NCBI GenBank assembly: GCA_049472355.1
Contig: JBLIRP010000007.1
Location: 1 to 64,000 of the forward strand
Direction of reading: 5' to 3'
DNA: 64,000 nucleotides
DNA from: a bacterium
GTDB taxonomy: Bacteria; SZUA-182; DTGQ01; JAFGSM01
This document shows, piece after piece, positions 38,779-48,559 of the stretch. The notes beneath the pieces are model-generated. The model did not search any database. It saw only the letters and a list, made by a program, of their open reading frames with translations, and was not told where the DNA came from. The position numbers were made by a program, and so were the translations under genes. Numbering within the stretch: the first letter of the stretch is position 1; every line of letters begins with the position of its first letter.

Positions 38779-39936
38779 ATGAACGGACGAGCCACGGGAA
38801 TGTTTCTGATGTGTACGGCCCTCATGCTGTGGCCTTGTGCACGGGTGTCGCAGGGGGAGGAGCCTTCCTCACTGCGGAAGGAGAAAAGCAAACTCAAGGG
38901 GCTTGAAGAGGATGTCGCAAAGACCAGAAAGGCGGTCAAGGAGCAACGAAAAAAGGAAGGCTCCATCATGGAGCAATTGGATGCCATCGACAGGGAGTTG
39001 GAGAAAAAACGGAGAGAACTTGCCATCTATGAATTCAATCTTGCCCACAACCGGAAAAAGGAACAGGAGATCGAGGCGCAGCTCCTGAAGATCGAGAAAG
39101 GGGTTGCGGAGAAACTGGATCACCTCAAGGGGAGATTACGGGCCATATATAAGTCCGGCGGCATAGGTCTCATGAAGGTCATTTTTTCCGCCGATTCCGT
39201 GGATCAACTGATACAGTCCATGACCCTGATGCGTTACATTGCCCAGTCCGACGCAAGGGACGTGGCTGAACTGAGGCGTCAAAGGGAATTGTATTGCACG
39301 AGGACACGGGAGCTCGAGGAGTATGCATCCAGTGTGAATAGTTACAAGGAGCAGGCATCCAGAAAAAAGGGGATACTCGAGAGGCAGCAGGGAGAACGAT
39401 ATGCCCTCCTTGAATCCGTCCGAAGAAACAAGGAGAGACAGATTGCGCTGCTCAATGGCCTGGAGCGTCAATCCAAAGAACTGCGCAGGCTCATCGAGCG
39501 TTGGGGCGCCGGAAAGGCGGCCGATGGCGATTTTACTGCGCTCAAGGGCAAGCTTATCTGGCCGGTTGAAGGGAAGGTCCTGGTTCCGTTCGGCCTGCAC
39601 CATGATTCCCGGTTGGACCGGAAGATACTCAATAACGGAATCGACATCGGCGCACCCTTGGGGAGTGATATCCTGAGCGTGGGTGCCGGAAAGGTCGTCT
39701 ATGCGGGGTGGTTTCTGGGGTATGGCAAATTGATCATCATCGACCACGGCAACGGGTACACCACCATTTATGCACACACCTCGGAGATCGCCGTACAAGA
39801 AGGACAACCAATCAAGGGCGGGGAGCGGATCGGGTCGGTCGGCGATACCCATTCGTTACGGGGGGCGGAACTGTATTTCGAGATTCGTCATAACGGTCAA
39901 CCCCGTGATCCCCTTGTATGGCTGAGCCGGCGGTGA
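38779..39936 (+). CDS. envC: Murein hydrolase activator EnvC (coiled coil plus M23/LytM)
   Basis: Long coiled coil, KGKL.WPV.G, NGIDI, IIDHG.GY.T.YAH, LYFEIR; follows ftsEX. Confidence 0.9.
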   Translation: MNGRATGMFLMCTALMLWPCARVSQGEEPSSLRKEKSKLKGLEEDVAKTRKAVKEQRKKEGSIMEQLDAIDRELEKKRRELAIYEFNLAHNRKKEQEIEAQLLKIEKGVAEKLDHLKGRLRAIYKSGGIGLMKVIFSADSVDQLIQSMTLMRYIAQSDARDVAELRRQRELYCTRTRELEEYASSVNSYKEQASRKKGILERQQGERYALLESVRRNKERQIALLNGLERQSKELRRLIERWGAGKAADGDFTALKGKLIWPVEGKVLVPFGLHHDSRLDRKILNNGIDIGAPLGSDILSVGAGKVVYAGWFLGYGKLIIIDHGNGYTTIYAHTSEIAVQEGQPIKGGERIGSVGDTHSLRGAELYFEIRHNGQPRDPLVWLSRR

Positions 39937-40057
39937 TTCGATGAAAGTCGCCAAGAAGAAGGACTTGCCGAATAACCGATAAATAGTATATGCTTCTACA
40001 ATAAAAATTTATTCCCATTTTCTCATATGATGATTTTTAACATGCAAGGAGAAGAAT

Positions 40058-41422
40058 ATGGAGCAGCATAAGAATCAGGGAGTGAAATTACTCGTCGTTG
40101 TGACATCGATTACGGTCTTTGTCATCACCATCCTCCTTTGTCTCAACGGCTTTATGGCAGGGGTGTACGCCAAGGACAAGACCTATGAGAACCTCAAGGT
40201 CTTTAGTGAGGCCATAACGTATATCCAGGAAAACTACGTGGACGAGGTGGATGAAGGCCAGGTCATTTCCGGCGCCATCAAGGGGATGCTCAAGGACCTC
40301 GACCCGCACAGCTCCTACATGACCTCTGACATGTACAAGGAGATGCAGGTGGATACGCGGGGCAGGTTCGAAGGGATCGGCATCGAGATAACCATAAAGG
40401 ATGAGCAGCTCACCATTGTCTCCCCCATCGAGGGGACCCCCGCCTTTGAGGCAGGGTTAAAGGCCGGTGACCTCATTCTCAAGATCGACGATGCCCCCAC
40501 CAGGGATATGTCGCTTTCCGAGGCAGCAAAACAGATCCGGGGCCCCAAGGGGACCAAGGTGACCCTGACCATATGGCGCAAGGGGTTCGAAAAGGCAAAG
40601 AAATTCACCATCACCCGCGGGGTGGTGAAACTGGAAAGCGTCTATTCGAAGACGATGGAAGACGGCAGGATCGGATATATCAGGATCCGCCAGTTTCAGG
40701 AAGACACCACCAAGGACGTGAAATCCGCCGTCAAGGAGATCAATGCGGACTCCCTGGAGGGACTTATCCTCGATATACGGTTTAATGCCGGGGGGCTTCT
40801 GAATGTGGCGGTTGATGTGGCCGACATCTTCCTGCCGAAGGAGGCCGTGATCGTGAGCACCAAGGGGAAGGTGAAGGAACAGAGCATGGTCCTGAAGTCG
40901 AAGAACGATCCCCTGATCCCTGATTACCCGATTGTCGTCCTGGTCAATGCAGGAAGCGCCAGTGCCTCGGAGATCCTTGCCGGGGCGCTCAAGGACTGGA
41001 ACAGGGCGGTGGTGCTCGGCACCAAGACATTCGGCAAGGGATCGGTCCAAACCATCTATCCCCTGTCCGATGGGTCCGCCATCCGATTGACCACGGCGAA
41101 ATATTACACCCCAAAGGGGACCAGCATCCACGGCGAGGGGATCACCCCGGATATCCTGGTGGAAAACCTTCTGCCTGACGACAAGAAGAGGATACTCTCC
41201 GAAGAGCATGCCATCCGCGAAAAGGACCTCATCGAGATGGACAGGTCATCCAAAAACAATGATCAGCCCCCTGCCGACGCGGAGGGACCTGCGGAGATGC
41301 AGGAGGAGAATGAGGAATCGAAGGAAGAGGGAGAGGGAATGGGATACATTGAGGATCTGCAGCTCCAGAGGGCGATCGACATCATCAAGGCAAACCGGAT
41401 CTTTTCGCTTTTTAAGAAGTAA
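40058..41422 (+). CDS. ctpA: S41 carboxyl-terminal processing protease
   Basis: LDPHS.Y, PDZ GIGI, SASASEI.AG, TFGKGSVQ. Confidence 0.93.
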   Translation: MEQHKNQGVKLLVVVTSITVFVITILLCLNGFMAGVYAKDKTYENLKVFSEAITYIQENYVDEVDEGQVISGAIKGMLKDLDPHSSYMTSDMYKEMQVDTRGRFEGIGIEITIKDEQLTIVSPIEGTPAFEAGLKAGDLILKIDDAPTRDMSLSEAAKQIRGPKGTKVTLTIWRKGFEKAKKFTITRGVVKLESVYSKTMEDGRIGYIRIRQFQEDTTKDVKSAVKEINADSLEGLILDIRFNAGGLLNVAVDVADIFLPKEAVIVSTKGKVKEQSMVLKSKNDPLIPDYPIVVLVNAGSASASEILAGALKDWNRAVVLGTKTFGKGSVQTIYPLSDGSAIRLTTAKYYTPKGTSIHGEGITPDILVENLLPDDKKRILSEEHAIREKDLIEMDRSSKNNDQPPADAEGPAEMQEENEESKEEGEGMGYIEDLQLQRAIDIIKANRIFSLFKK

Positions 41423-41443
41423 GAGACACCCGGTCCGTATGCA

Positions 41444-42493
41444 GTGGCGACAAAAAAGAAGCTGAAGAAGAAAAGGAGCGGGGGCAAGAAAAGGCGTAAG
41501 CAGCGTAAGCCCTCGAGCCACAAGGTTATGTGGCTCAGCCTTGCGCTCATTCTTCTCTCAATGATCAATCTGATCTTTCTCGATACCCTGATCGGCTTCC
41601 GGACCGGCGGGCATTTTCTTCCCCGGTGTATCCATGCCCCGGTGGCAGCGCTTTTTTCGCCGAGGCGCCCGAAATCCGCCCATGATAAAGAAGCGTGGGA
41701 TGCTGTAATCCAGCCTCCTGCTGAGGATTTCATCAAGGAAACACCCAAGCCTCCGGCAGGGAATTTCATTCCGGAAGCGACCAGGCCCCCTGTGAAATCT
41801 CCGTTGCCGCGAAAGGTGGCCCCGTTGCGCGGACACCGGGTGGCCCTGGTCATCGACGACCTCGGCTACAATATTGCATTGGCGGAGGCCCTGTTCGCCA
41901 TCGACATACCTTTGACCGTGTCCATTCTTCCCAACCTGCAATACACCCATGCCATCGCCCGGAGGGCCGTGGAAAGGGGCAAGGAGGTCATCCTTCACCT
42001 TCCCATGGAACCATACGACTATCCGAACGCCCAGGTTGAAGAGGGGACCCTCCTGACCACCATGGATGATTCGCAGATACGGCGGCTCATTGAGAAGTCC
42101 TTGGTGGGGCTTGATGGTGTGGTAGGGGCAAACAATCACATGGGATCGCGCATGGTGGAAGATGAAGGGAAGATGCGGGTCATTCTTGAAGAGATGAAGA
42201 AACGGGGGTTATTCTTTTTGGACAGCCGCACCTCACCCCGGAGCATGGTATATGACCTTGCACGGAGTATGGGGGTAAAAACGGCGAAGCGGCATGTATT
42301 CCTTGACGGCAGGCATACCACCGCCTACATCAGACGTCAGCTCGACAAGGTTGCCAAGGTTGCCCAGGAAAACGGCTGCGGGATTGCCATCGGTCATCTG
42401 CATCCCACGACACTGGAGGCGCTTCGCACCCATCTCCCCCGGCTCGCCGAACGGGGGGTTCAATTCGTACGGCTCTCGGAGGTTGTGGAATGA
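41444..42493 (+). CDS. Divergent polysaccharide deacetylase (YibQ-like)
   Basis: IDDLG, HLPMEP, NNHMGS, FLDSRT, AIGH. Confidence 0.92.
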   Translation: MATKKKLKKKRSGGKKRRKQRKPSSHKVMWLSLALILLSMINLIFLDTLIGFRTGGHFLPRCIHAPVAALFSPRRPKSAHDKEAWDAVIQPPAEDFIKETPKPPAGNFIPEATRPPVKSPLPRKVAPLRGHRVALVIDDLGYNIALAEALFAIDIPLTVSILPNLQYTHAIARRAVERGKEVILHLPMEPYDYPNAQVEEGTLLTTMDDSQIRRLIEKSLVGLDGVVGANNHMGSRMVEDEGKMRVILEEMKKRGLFFLDSRTSPRSMVYDLARSMGVKTAKRHVFLDGRHTTAYIRRQLDKVAKVAQENGCGIAIGHLHPTTLEALRTHLPRLAERGVQFVRLSEVVE

Positions 42494-43515
42494 GGGTGCT
42501 CCTGGCGATAGAAACCTCGTGTGATGAAACCGCCGCAGCGGTGGTGCGCGACGGCACCTCCGTACTCGGCAACGCGCTTCATTCCCAGATACCCGACCAT
42601 CATAAGTACGGGGGGGTGGTGCCTGAAATCGCCTCCCGGAGGCACATAGAAACCATCATTCGGATTATCGCCATGGCCATGGACGAGGCGACGCTGACCC
42701 TCCAGATGCTCGACGGAATCGCCGTTACCGTGGGCCCGGGCCTGATCGGTTCGCTCCTGGTGGGTCTTGCGGCTGCAAAGGCGATCGCCTTCGCAGCCGA
42801 TCTTCCCCTTATCCCCGTCGACCACCTGGAGGGGCATATCTATGCCTCCCTGCTCACCTGTCCGGACATCCCCTTCCCCTTTGTCAGCCTCGTGGTCTCC
42901 GGGGGACATACCGATCTGTATCTCGTCAAGGACCACGGGAAGTATGAGCTCCTGGGCCGGACAAGGGATGATGCAGCAGGGGAGGCATTCGACAAGGTCG
43001 CCAAATTCCTTGGGCTGGGCTATCCGGGGGGGCCGGTTATCGATGAATTGGCCAGGAAGGGTGACCCGCATGCGATCACATTTCCCAGGGCGCATCTGGA
43101 AAGGGATTCCCTTGATTTCAGTTTCAGCGGACTCAAGACCGCCGTGTGCAACCATATCCGGTTTGAGCAGGGCCCGGGAGAGGGCATCGGACACGATCCG
43201 GCATCGGTTGCCGACATTGCGGCGGGATTTCAGGAGGCGGTGGTGGATGTCCTGGTGTCCAAGGCAATGGAGGCAGTCAGGAGGACGGGGGTCCGTGCCC
43301 TGGCGGTAGGCGGCGGCGTCGCCTCAAACAGCAGGTTGCGGGAACGGCTTGACTGTGCATGCAGGGAACAGGGGATCATCATCGTTATCCCGGCTCCCCG
43401 GTTGTGTGTGGACAATGCCTGTATGATAGGCGCCGCCGGGTTCTTCAATCAGGCCCGGGCCACCCGTGACTGGAGCATCACCGCACAGGACACCCGTGTT
43501 TGGGAGATCCTTTAA
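42490..43515 (+). CDS. tsaD: tRNA N6-threonylcarbamoyltransferase subunit
   Basis: IETSCDET, GGVVPEIASR.H, HLEGH, SGGHT, DDAAGEAFDKVA. Confidence 0.97.
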   Translation: MRVLLAIETSCDETAAAVVRDGTSVLGNALHSQIPDHHKYGGVVPEIASRRHIETIIRIIAMAMDEATLTLQMLDGIAVTVGPGLIGSLLVGLAAAKAIAFAADLPLIPVDHLEGHIYASLLTCPDIPFPFVSLVVSGGHTDLYLVKDHGKYELLGRTRDDAAGEAFDKVAKFLGLGYPGGPVIDELARKGDPHAITFPRAHLERDSLDFSFSGLKTAVCNHIRFEQGPGEGIGHDPASVADIAAGFQEAVVDVLVSKAMEAVRRTGVRALAVGGGVASNSRLRERLDCACREQGIIIVIPAPRLCVDNACMIGAAGFFNQARATRDWSITAQDTRVWEIL

Positions 43516-43552
43516 GGCGATAGCGCAAGCTTATGCAAACACTCCACGCAAT

Positions 43553-43589
43553 TGTGAAAAAATATACATAGTGTGCAAAAAATCAGATA
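43553..43589 (+). promoter_or_regulatory. Tandem putative enhancer (UAS) sites
   Basis: TGT-GAAAAAATAT-ACA (TGT-N10-ACA) and TGT-GCAAAAAATC-AGA, 19 bp apart and about 200 bp upstream of the sigma54 site. Confidence 0.45.
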
Positions 43590-43762
43590 TGGCTCTCGGG
43601 AGGGTATATTCCCCGTATATGTCCTTGGGCCCGTTTCATTAATCGAAAGGCCCCGGCCCTCTCCAATCCCTTTGGAGTAAATTCCTTACCATGTGCGCCT
43701 TTTTAGGGCTGCACTCAATAATTTCCCATCATCAGGGGGCGATTGAAGCGGCCTGTTTTCAA

Positions 43763-43778
43763 TGGTATAGAAATTGCT
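43763..43778 (+). promoter_or_regulatory. Putative sigma54 (-24/-12) promoter
   Basis: TGGTATAGAAATTGCT (GG-N10-GC), about 70 bp upstream of the activator ATG. Confidence 0.7.
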
Positions 43779-43848
43779 TCTTCAAACCCTGAAAGGTTAA
43801 ACATAGTTGGTTGTAATAATTGATCTGGTCTCGGGGGGAAGTACGCAT

Positions 43849-44847
43849 ATGTCATACGACAAATATTTTGACAGCCTTATCGGTAAAAGCGAGCAGATAA
43901 AAAAGATATGCCGTCTCATAGGTCTCATCGCCAAAACCAAGTCGACTGTCCTCATTCAAGGCGAGAGCGGCACCGGCAAGGAGGTTGTTGCGAATGCCCT
44001 ATATCGCCACAGCCTCAGGCACTGTGCACCCTACGTTAAGGTCAACTGTGCAGCGGTGAGCGAAACCCTGCTGGAAAGCGAGCTTTTCGGCCACAAGAAG
44101 GGATCGTTCACCGGCGCCTTCGAGGATCGTAAGGGATTCTTCGAGCTGGCAAACATGGGAACAATTCTGCTCGATGAGATAGGCAGCATGCCCTTGAGCG
44201 GTCAGGCAAAACTGCTGCGGGTGCTTCAGGAGGAAGAAATAACACCGGTGGGAAGCACGAGGAACATCAAGATTGACACCCGGGTGGTTGCAACCACCAA
44301 TGTCGTCCTCAAAGAGGCGACCAAGAAGGGGCATTTTCGAGAGGACCTCTTCTACCGTCTGAGCGTGGTGACCATCTTTTTGCCCTCCCTCAGGGAACGA
44401 AAAGAGGACATCCCCCTGCTCACCGACTACTTCATAGAGCACTATAACGAGAACCTGAACAAGAAGGTCAAGGGCATCACCGAAGATGCCATGGAATATC
44501 TCATGGATTACGATTGGCCGGGAAATGTCCGCGAGCTGAAGAATGTGCTCGAAAACGCCATGATCATGGCGGAGCGGGATTACATTGAATTGGATTCCCT
44601 GCCTTCGCTCCAGTTGCGATCCTACCATCAACCCTCAGGCCACATGGACGTGCAGACCTCCGATCTCAACCTCCGGAATCAGCTCAAGGTGTATGAGCGG
44701 CTCATCATCCTGAGCGCCCTCCAGAAGAGCAAATGGGTCAAGAGCAAGACCGCCAAGCTTCTCGGAATCGACCGGAGAAACCTCGGCTATTTTATCAGAA
44801 AGCACAACATTGTCTTCCCCGACGACAGCCAGCATTGGGAAGACTGA
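43849..44847 (+). CDS. Sigma54-dependent activator (AAA+ plus Fis HTH) lacking an N-terminal sensory domain
   Basis: [44 protein letters not shown]-terminal HTH. The AAA+ domain begins about 10 aa after the start. Confidence 0.93.
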   Translation: MSYDKYFDSLIGKSEQIKKICRLIGLIAKTKSTVLIQGESGTGKEVVANALYRHSLRHCAPYVKVNCAAVSETLLESELFGHKKGSFTGAFEDRKGFFELANMGTILLDEIGSMPLSGQAKLLRVLQEEEITPVGSTRNIKIDTRVVATTNVVLKEATKKGHFREDLFYRLSVVTIFLPSLRERKEDIPLLTDYFIEHYNENLNKKVKGITEDAMEYLMDYDWPGNVRELKNVLENAMIMAERDYIELDSLPSLQLRSYHQPSGHMDVQTSDLNLRNQLKVYERLIILSALQKSKWVKSKTAKLLGIDRRNLGYFIRKHNIVFPDDSQHWED

Positions 44848-44980
44848 TCCTCCGCGCCCTTGTGCCCTTTGTAATGAAGTTATACTACCTGCGCCGTGTT
44901 CACTATCGGGACGCCGGTGAAGCTGCGCAGACATGTCTACTCGTGATGATCAGAGTCGAAACGAGCATTGCCGTTTTTTA

Positions 44981-46282
44981 TTAGAAATGCTGTTCAAGGG
45001 ACAGGGAGAAACCCTCCTGCGTGAGGAAGTGCCCCTCGATGGTGAGGAGCAGCGAGGGAGTAAGGGAGAATCCTATACCCGCATACGCGCCGATGTCCTC
45101 TTCCTGCTCCACTTCATCGCGGAATAACCGGTACGTAAGGGCTGGGTCAAGGTTTTCCAACTGGTGCCGATCGGTGTCCTCCTCATACATGAAGTATACC
45201 CCTCCCCCATAGAGGGACCATCGTGGCCGGGCAATGCCCACCTCAAGCATCCCCATAACCTCCTCCCAGGTGGTTTCCCTTCTCCATCTATTCCCGAGAT
45301 CCGACGTATACTCCTCTTCGGCGTCACCGCTCATGTAGTATCCCTGGAGGGCTGTGTATAATCCCGTGGATCGAAACGAGAGGAGGTTGATGCGCATTCC
45401 ACCGCCATAGGTAAGTCCCGGTTCAGAGGGCTCGTCGTAAGAAGCGCCGATATCCGCATAGATCTCCCAGTAATCGGTCAGCCCGAGACGCATGCACAGG
45501 GTGGTCAGGTGCAGGGTGGTTGGAAAGTCATCCTTTTCCTCGCTCCCGAGGGTGACGGGGGTGATCCCGGTCGAGGTGATTTCAGTCCGCCTGGTGACCA
45601 GGGTATACACCTCGCGAAATCGGTGTTTCAACCCCACGGCGAATCGGCCCCCGCGCATATTTCTTCCTCTCTGCCGGCGGGTTTTAGGGGCCTTTTCGAT
45701 CTTCTCCATGGGCGGCGGAGGCGGGGGAGATGGGCCTGCTGCGGGGGGACTTGTTTCGGCCGGTGAAGGCACGGCGGCGGAGGCAATAGCAGGGGGCGCC
45801 GCTGCGGCGGCAACGGGAGGTGGAACTTCGGGGGCCGGGGGAGGCACTTCCTTCGCGGGAGTTGGTATTACTTCAGGAGCGGGTGGAGAAGAGGGGCGTT
45901 TAATTTCTTCGAGGTTGCTGGATAGCGGCTCATTTTTTCTGATGATCTTGGCATAGTCGCTGACGCGCTTCTGTCGAATCTCACGGCCCATCAATTCCGC
46001 GTCTAAACGCACGGAAAACGGTCCCACATAAACCCTGTACCAGTACCCGCTTTGTGGAATCTCCACCCCCCGCACTACGGTGGGCAGTCCCATCCCGCCC
46101 AGTTGCTTCACACTGTCTGTTGCATTATTCCATGATTGGAAGGAGCCGACATGGAGGTAGTAGTAGGTGATGCTTCCGTGACAGAGCGAGGGAAGAAGGA
46201 TGATGAGGGAGAGGAGAATCAGGACGAAGGATAGGTGCAATCTGGGAAAAGGGGGCCTTCCGATCATCCCGTGAATTCCCAT
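44981..46282 (-). CDS. SPOR domain, Pro/Ala-rich linker and putative outer-membrane beta-barrel
   Basis: Signal-like hydrophobic stretch, YYLHVGSF...NA and WYRVYVGPF (SPOR), polyproline linker, amphipathic strands ending SLSLEQHF. Start uncertain. Confidence 0.75.
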   Translation of the reverse strand: MGIHGMIGRPPFPRLHLSFVLILLSLIILLPSLCHGSITYYYLHVGSFQSWNNATDSVKQLGGMGLPTVVRGVEIPQSGYWYRVYVGPFSVRLDAELMGREIRQKRVSDYAKIIRKNEPLSSNLEEIKRPSSPPAPEVIPTPAKEVPPPAPEVPPPVAAAAAPPAIASAAVPSPAETSPPAAGPSPPPPPPMEKIEKAPKTRRQRGRNMRGGRFAVGLKHRFREVYTLVTRRTEITSTGITPVTLGSEEKDDFPTTLHLTTLCMRLGLTDYWEIYADIGASYDEPSEPGLTYGGGMRINLLSFRSTGLYTALQGYYMSGDAEEEYTSDLGNRWRRETTWEEVMGMLEVGIARPRWSLYGGGVYFMYEEDTDRHQLENLDPALTYRLFRDEVEQEEDIGAYAGIGFSLTPSLLLTIEGHFLTQEGFSLSLEQHF

Positions 46283-46640
46283 AGGTTGTTTACGGCCTTC
46301 GTCATTGCATCTCTCCATGTGTCGTGACGCATTGGAAATGGATACTGATACGGCAACGATGGATGTGACATCATTCAAAGACGTGGCACAGCGAACAGGG
46401 TGCGCGTGAACACAGGCACTGTCCATTTTTTCCGGCAGGAAAGCCGTGGTGCCGCTCGGGGATTATGTATAAATCCACAGCTTCAGAGATAGCAAGGGAC
46501 GCCACATCCGTTCTCCTCATATTGGCATAAATGTATCACATATGCAAGGTATGTATCCATGAATCCGGCAATTCTCATTTTGAGTCATTATACCGGGAGC
46601 GATCCCTGTGCAGGATGGGTCTATGCAATGAACGGGGGAC

Positions 46641-46669
46641 CGGAGGGGGAGTGACGCACTCCCCCTCCG
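46641..46669 (-). terminator. Perfect 13-bp hairpin just downstream of the FNYG-repeat gene
   Basis: cggagggggagtg-acg-cactccccctccg; no clear U tract. Confidence 0.55.
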
Positions 46670-46676
46670 CAGCGAT

Positions 46677-47960
46677 TTAATCGGGTGTATACTTGGTCGC
46701 CTTGAATGTGCCCACCATGGAATAATCGTTGGTCCCCTTCACGGTAAACTGGCCAAAGAACCAGTTATCGTAGATTCGAAGATTGTTGAACGTCCAGACA
46801 TAATCACTGATCAGATTTGAAATATCGCTGAGGAGCTCATCCCCGTCGATATTGAGGTAATGAAGCATTACCCACTTGTTGTACTTTTCGATCCACCCGG
46901 TAACCTTCACCGGCATGATGTCCCCATCCCAGGCCGGATAATCCTCCACGTTCCAGTTATTGACCTGGGCGGTTCCCTCAACCTTGCCCCCCGTCATGAT
47001 CTGTTTGGTGATATGGAATTTGATATCCCCTGTCGTTTCGATTATGACGTATCCGTTGGGATCGTTCATCACAACCCCATTGGGATCGGTTGCAAAGGCC
47101 TCCCATGTCCCCGACCAGTGACCGCGCAGGTCGGGAATGTCCTGGGGTTTCCCGTAGTATTCAGAGGTGTCGGGTTCTTCGGGTTCATTCGACTTCGAGG
47201 ATTTCTGTGTTGTGGAATATGGATTGAAACCGTAAGGATTGAGTTGAAACCCACCGTACCCGGGAATCCCTCCGGCGAATCCGCCTGTCATGCCGAATGC
47301 CGGAACGCCGAAATTCCCTATGCCTGCACCGAATCCGGCGCCGTAAGGCATCCCCGCTCCCAAACCAACCGGTGAAAATCCCCCGGGCATTCCGCCAAAA
47401 CCGTAGCTGGGGATCCCAAGACTGAAGGCGCCGCCGAAGCCGGATGCCCCATAGTTGAAGCCGCCGCCGAGGCCCGGGTTAAAGCCGCCGAGGCCGGCCC
47501 CCCCGTAGTTAAAGCCGGTGCCGTAACTGGGATTGAAACCGCCGAAGTTGGTATTGAGGCCGGAGGTCCCGTAGTTAAAGCCGCCGAGGCCCGGGTTATA
47601 GCCGCCAAAGGCGGAGGCCCCGTAGTTAAAGGCGCCGCCGAGGCCGGGATTGAATCCGGAGGCGCCGTAGTTAAAGCCGGTGCTGTATCCGGGGAAGGCG
47701 CCGCCGAAGCCGGATGCCCCATAGCCGTATCCGCCCCCGAAAACGGGATTGAAACCGCCCCCGAAAACGGGATTGAAACCGCCCCCAAAGCCCGGGTATG
47801 CACCAAATCCGCTGCCGGGAACACTGAAGGGGCTCGGGCCGAATGTCCCGAAGGCTGGAAATTGCGCAAAGGCACCGGGCAGTTGGAAACCACCGGCGAG
47901 AAAGACCAGACAGATGAAAACGATGATATGGGAAAACAACCTGACCTTTTTGATATTCAT
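46677..47960 (-). CDS. Secreted protein with a Gly/Phe/Asn/Tyr low-complexity N-terminal region and a globular C-terminal domain
   Basis: Start MNIKK, signal peptide AFA|Q, repeats of GFNPVFGG, FNYG and NPGLGG, then an acidic beta-rich domain (DLRGHWSGTW). Confidence 0.8.
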   Translation of the reverse strand: MNIKKVRLFSHIIVFICLVFLAGGFQLPGAFAQFPAFGTFGPSPFSVPGSGFGAYPGFGGGFNPVFGGGFNPVFGGGYGYGASGFGGAFPGYSTGFNYGASGFNPGLGGAFNYGASAFGGYNPGLGGFNYGTSGLNTNFGGFNPSYGTGFNYGGAGLGGFNPGLGGGFNYGASGFGGAFSLGIPSYGFGGMPGGFSPVGLGAGMPYGAGFGAGIGNFGVPAFGMTGGFAGGIPGYGGFQLNPYGFNPYSTTQKSSKSNEPEEPDTSEYYGKPQDIPDLRGHWSGTWEAFATDPNGVVMNDPNGYVIIETTGDIKFHITKQIMTGGKVEGTAQVNNWNVEDYPAWDGDIMPVKVTGWIEKYNKWVMLHYLNIDGDELLSDISNLISDYVWTFNNLRIYDNWFFGQFTVKGTNDYSMVGTFKATKYTPD

Positions 47961-48559
47961 ATGTATTCCCCCCGAATCTGTAGAATCAAGAGATGCAAAA
48001 TATAACGAGCTCAACGAAAAACAGCGACGAACCGATGCCCGTGGTAAGAATGTATCCCTCCCGGTTGTTGGAGGATGGTGTCCGTCGTCTGCGTTTCGGT
48101 AATCCTCGCAGGGAAGAAATTGTTTCACTATGTGTAAAAAAGTCATACCCCCCTTCTGCCGGTGATTCGATTATACTCGTTCCGGCACGATATCTATTTC
48201 CGTATGCCGGAAGGATTGTCTGCCCTGGTTGTAAGCGCAGAGGGATCGTATCCCTCAGGTTCGACGCCGGGTGTACCCTGCGCATTACAGCCTGAGAAAA
48301 CGATATAACGCTATAAGGATATACCAGAAGATAGACGACAAAGATTCCATTCCATTACTCACACTATAATGGGTTGCTCGCAATATCGAGCAATTACATG
48401 GGGGAATCCGCCCCTGCTTTTTGTGACTCGATCCCTGCAGGGGCGGCATGGTGTCCCTGATGGTATTTCACCCTCCTACAGGCAGGGGAACGTTTCGCCG
48501 ATAAGTAAGGAGGGAACACGGCCGTCGGACTGCACTGCACTATATGATTCCTATATGCC

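Noticed and set aside
48131..48147. TGTGTAAAAAAGTCATA resembling the UAS at 43572
   Set aside because: Only partial similarity, and no -24/-12 site lies between it and the FNYG gene start.
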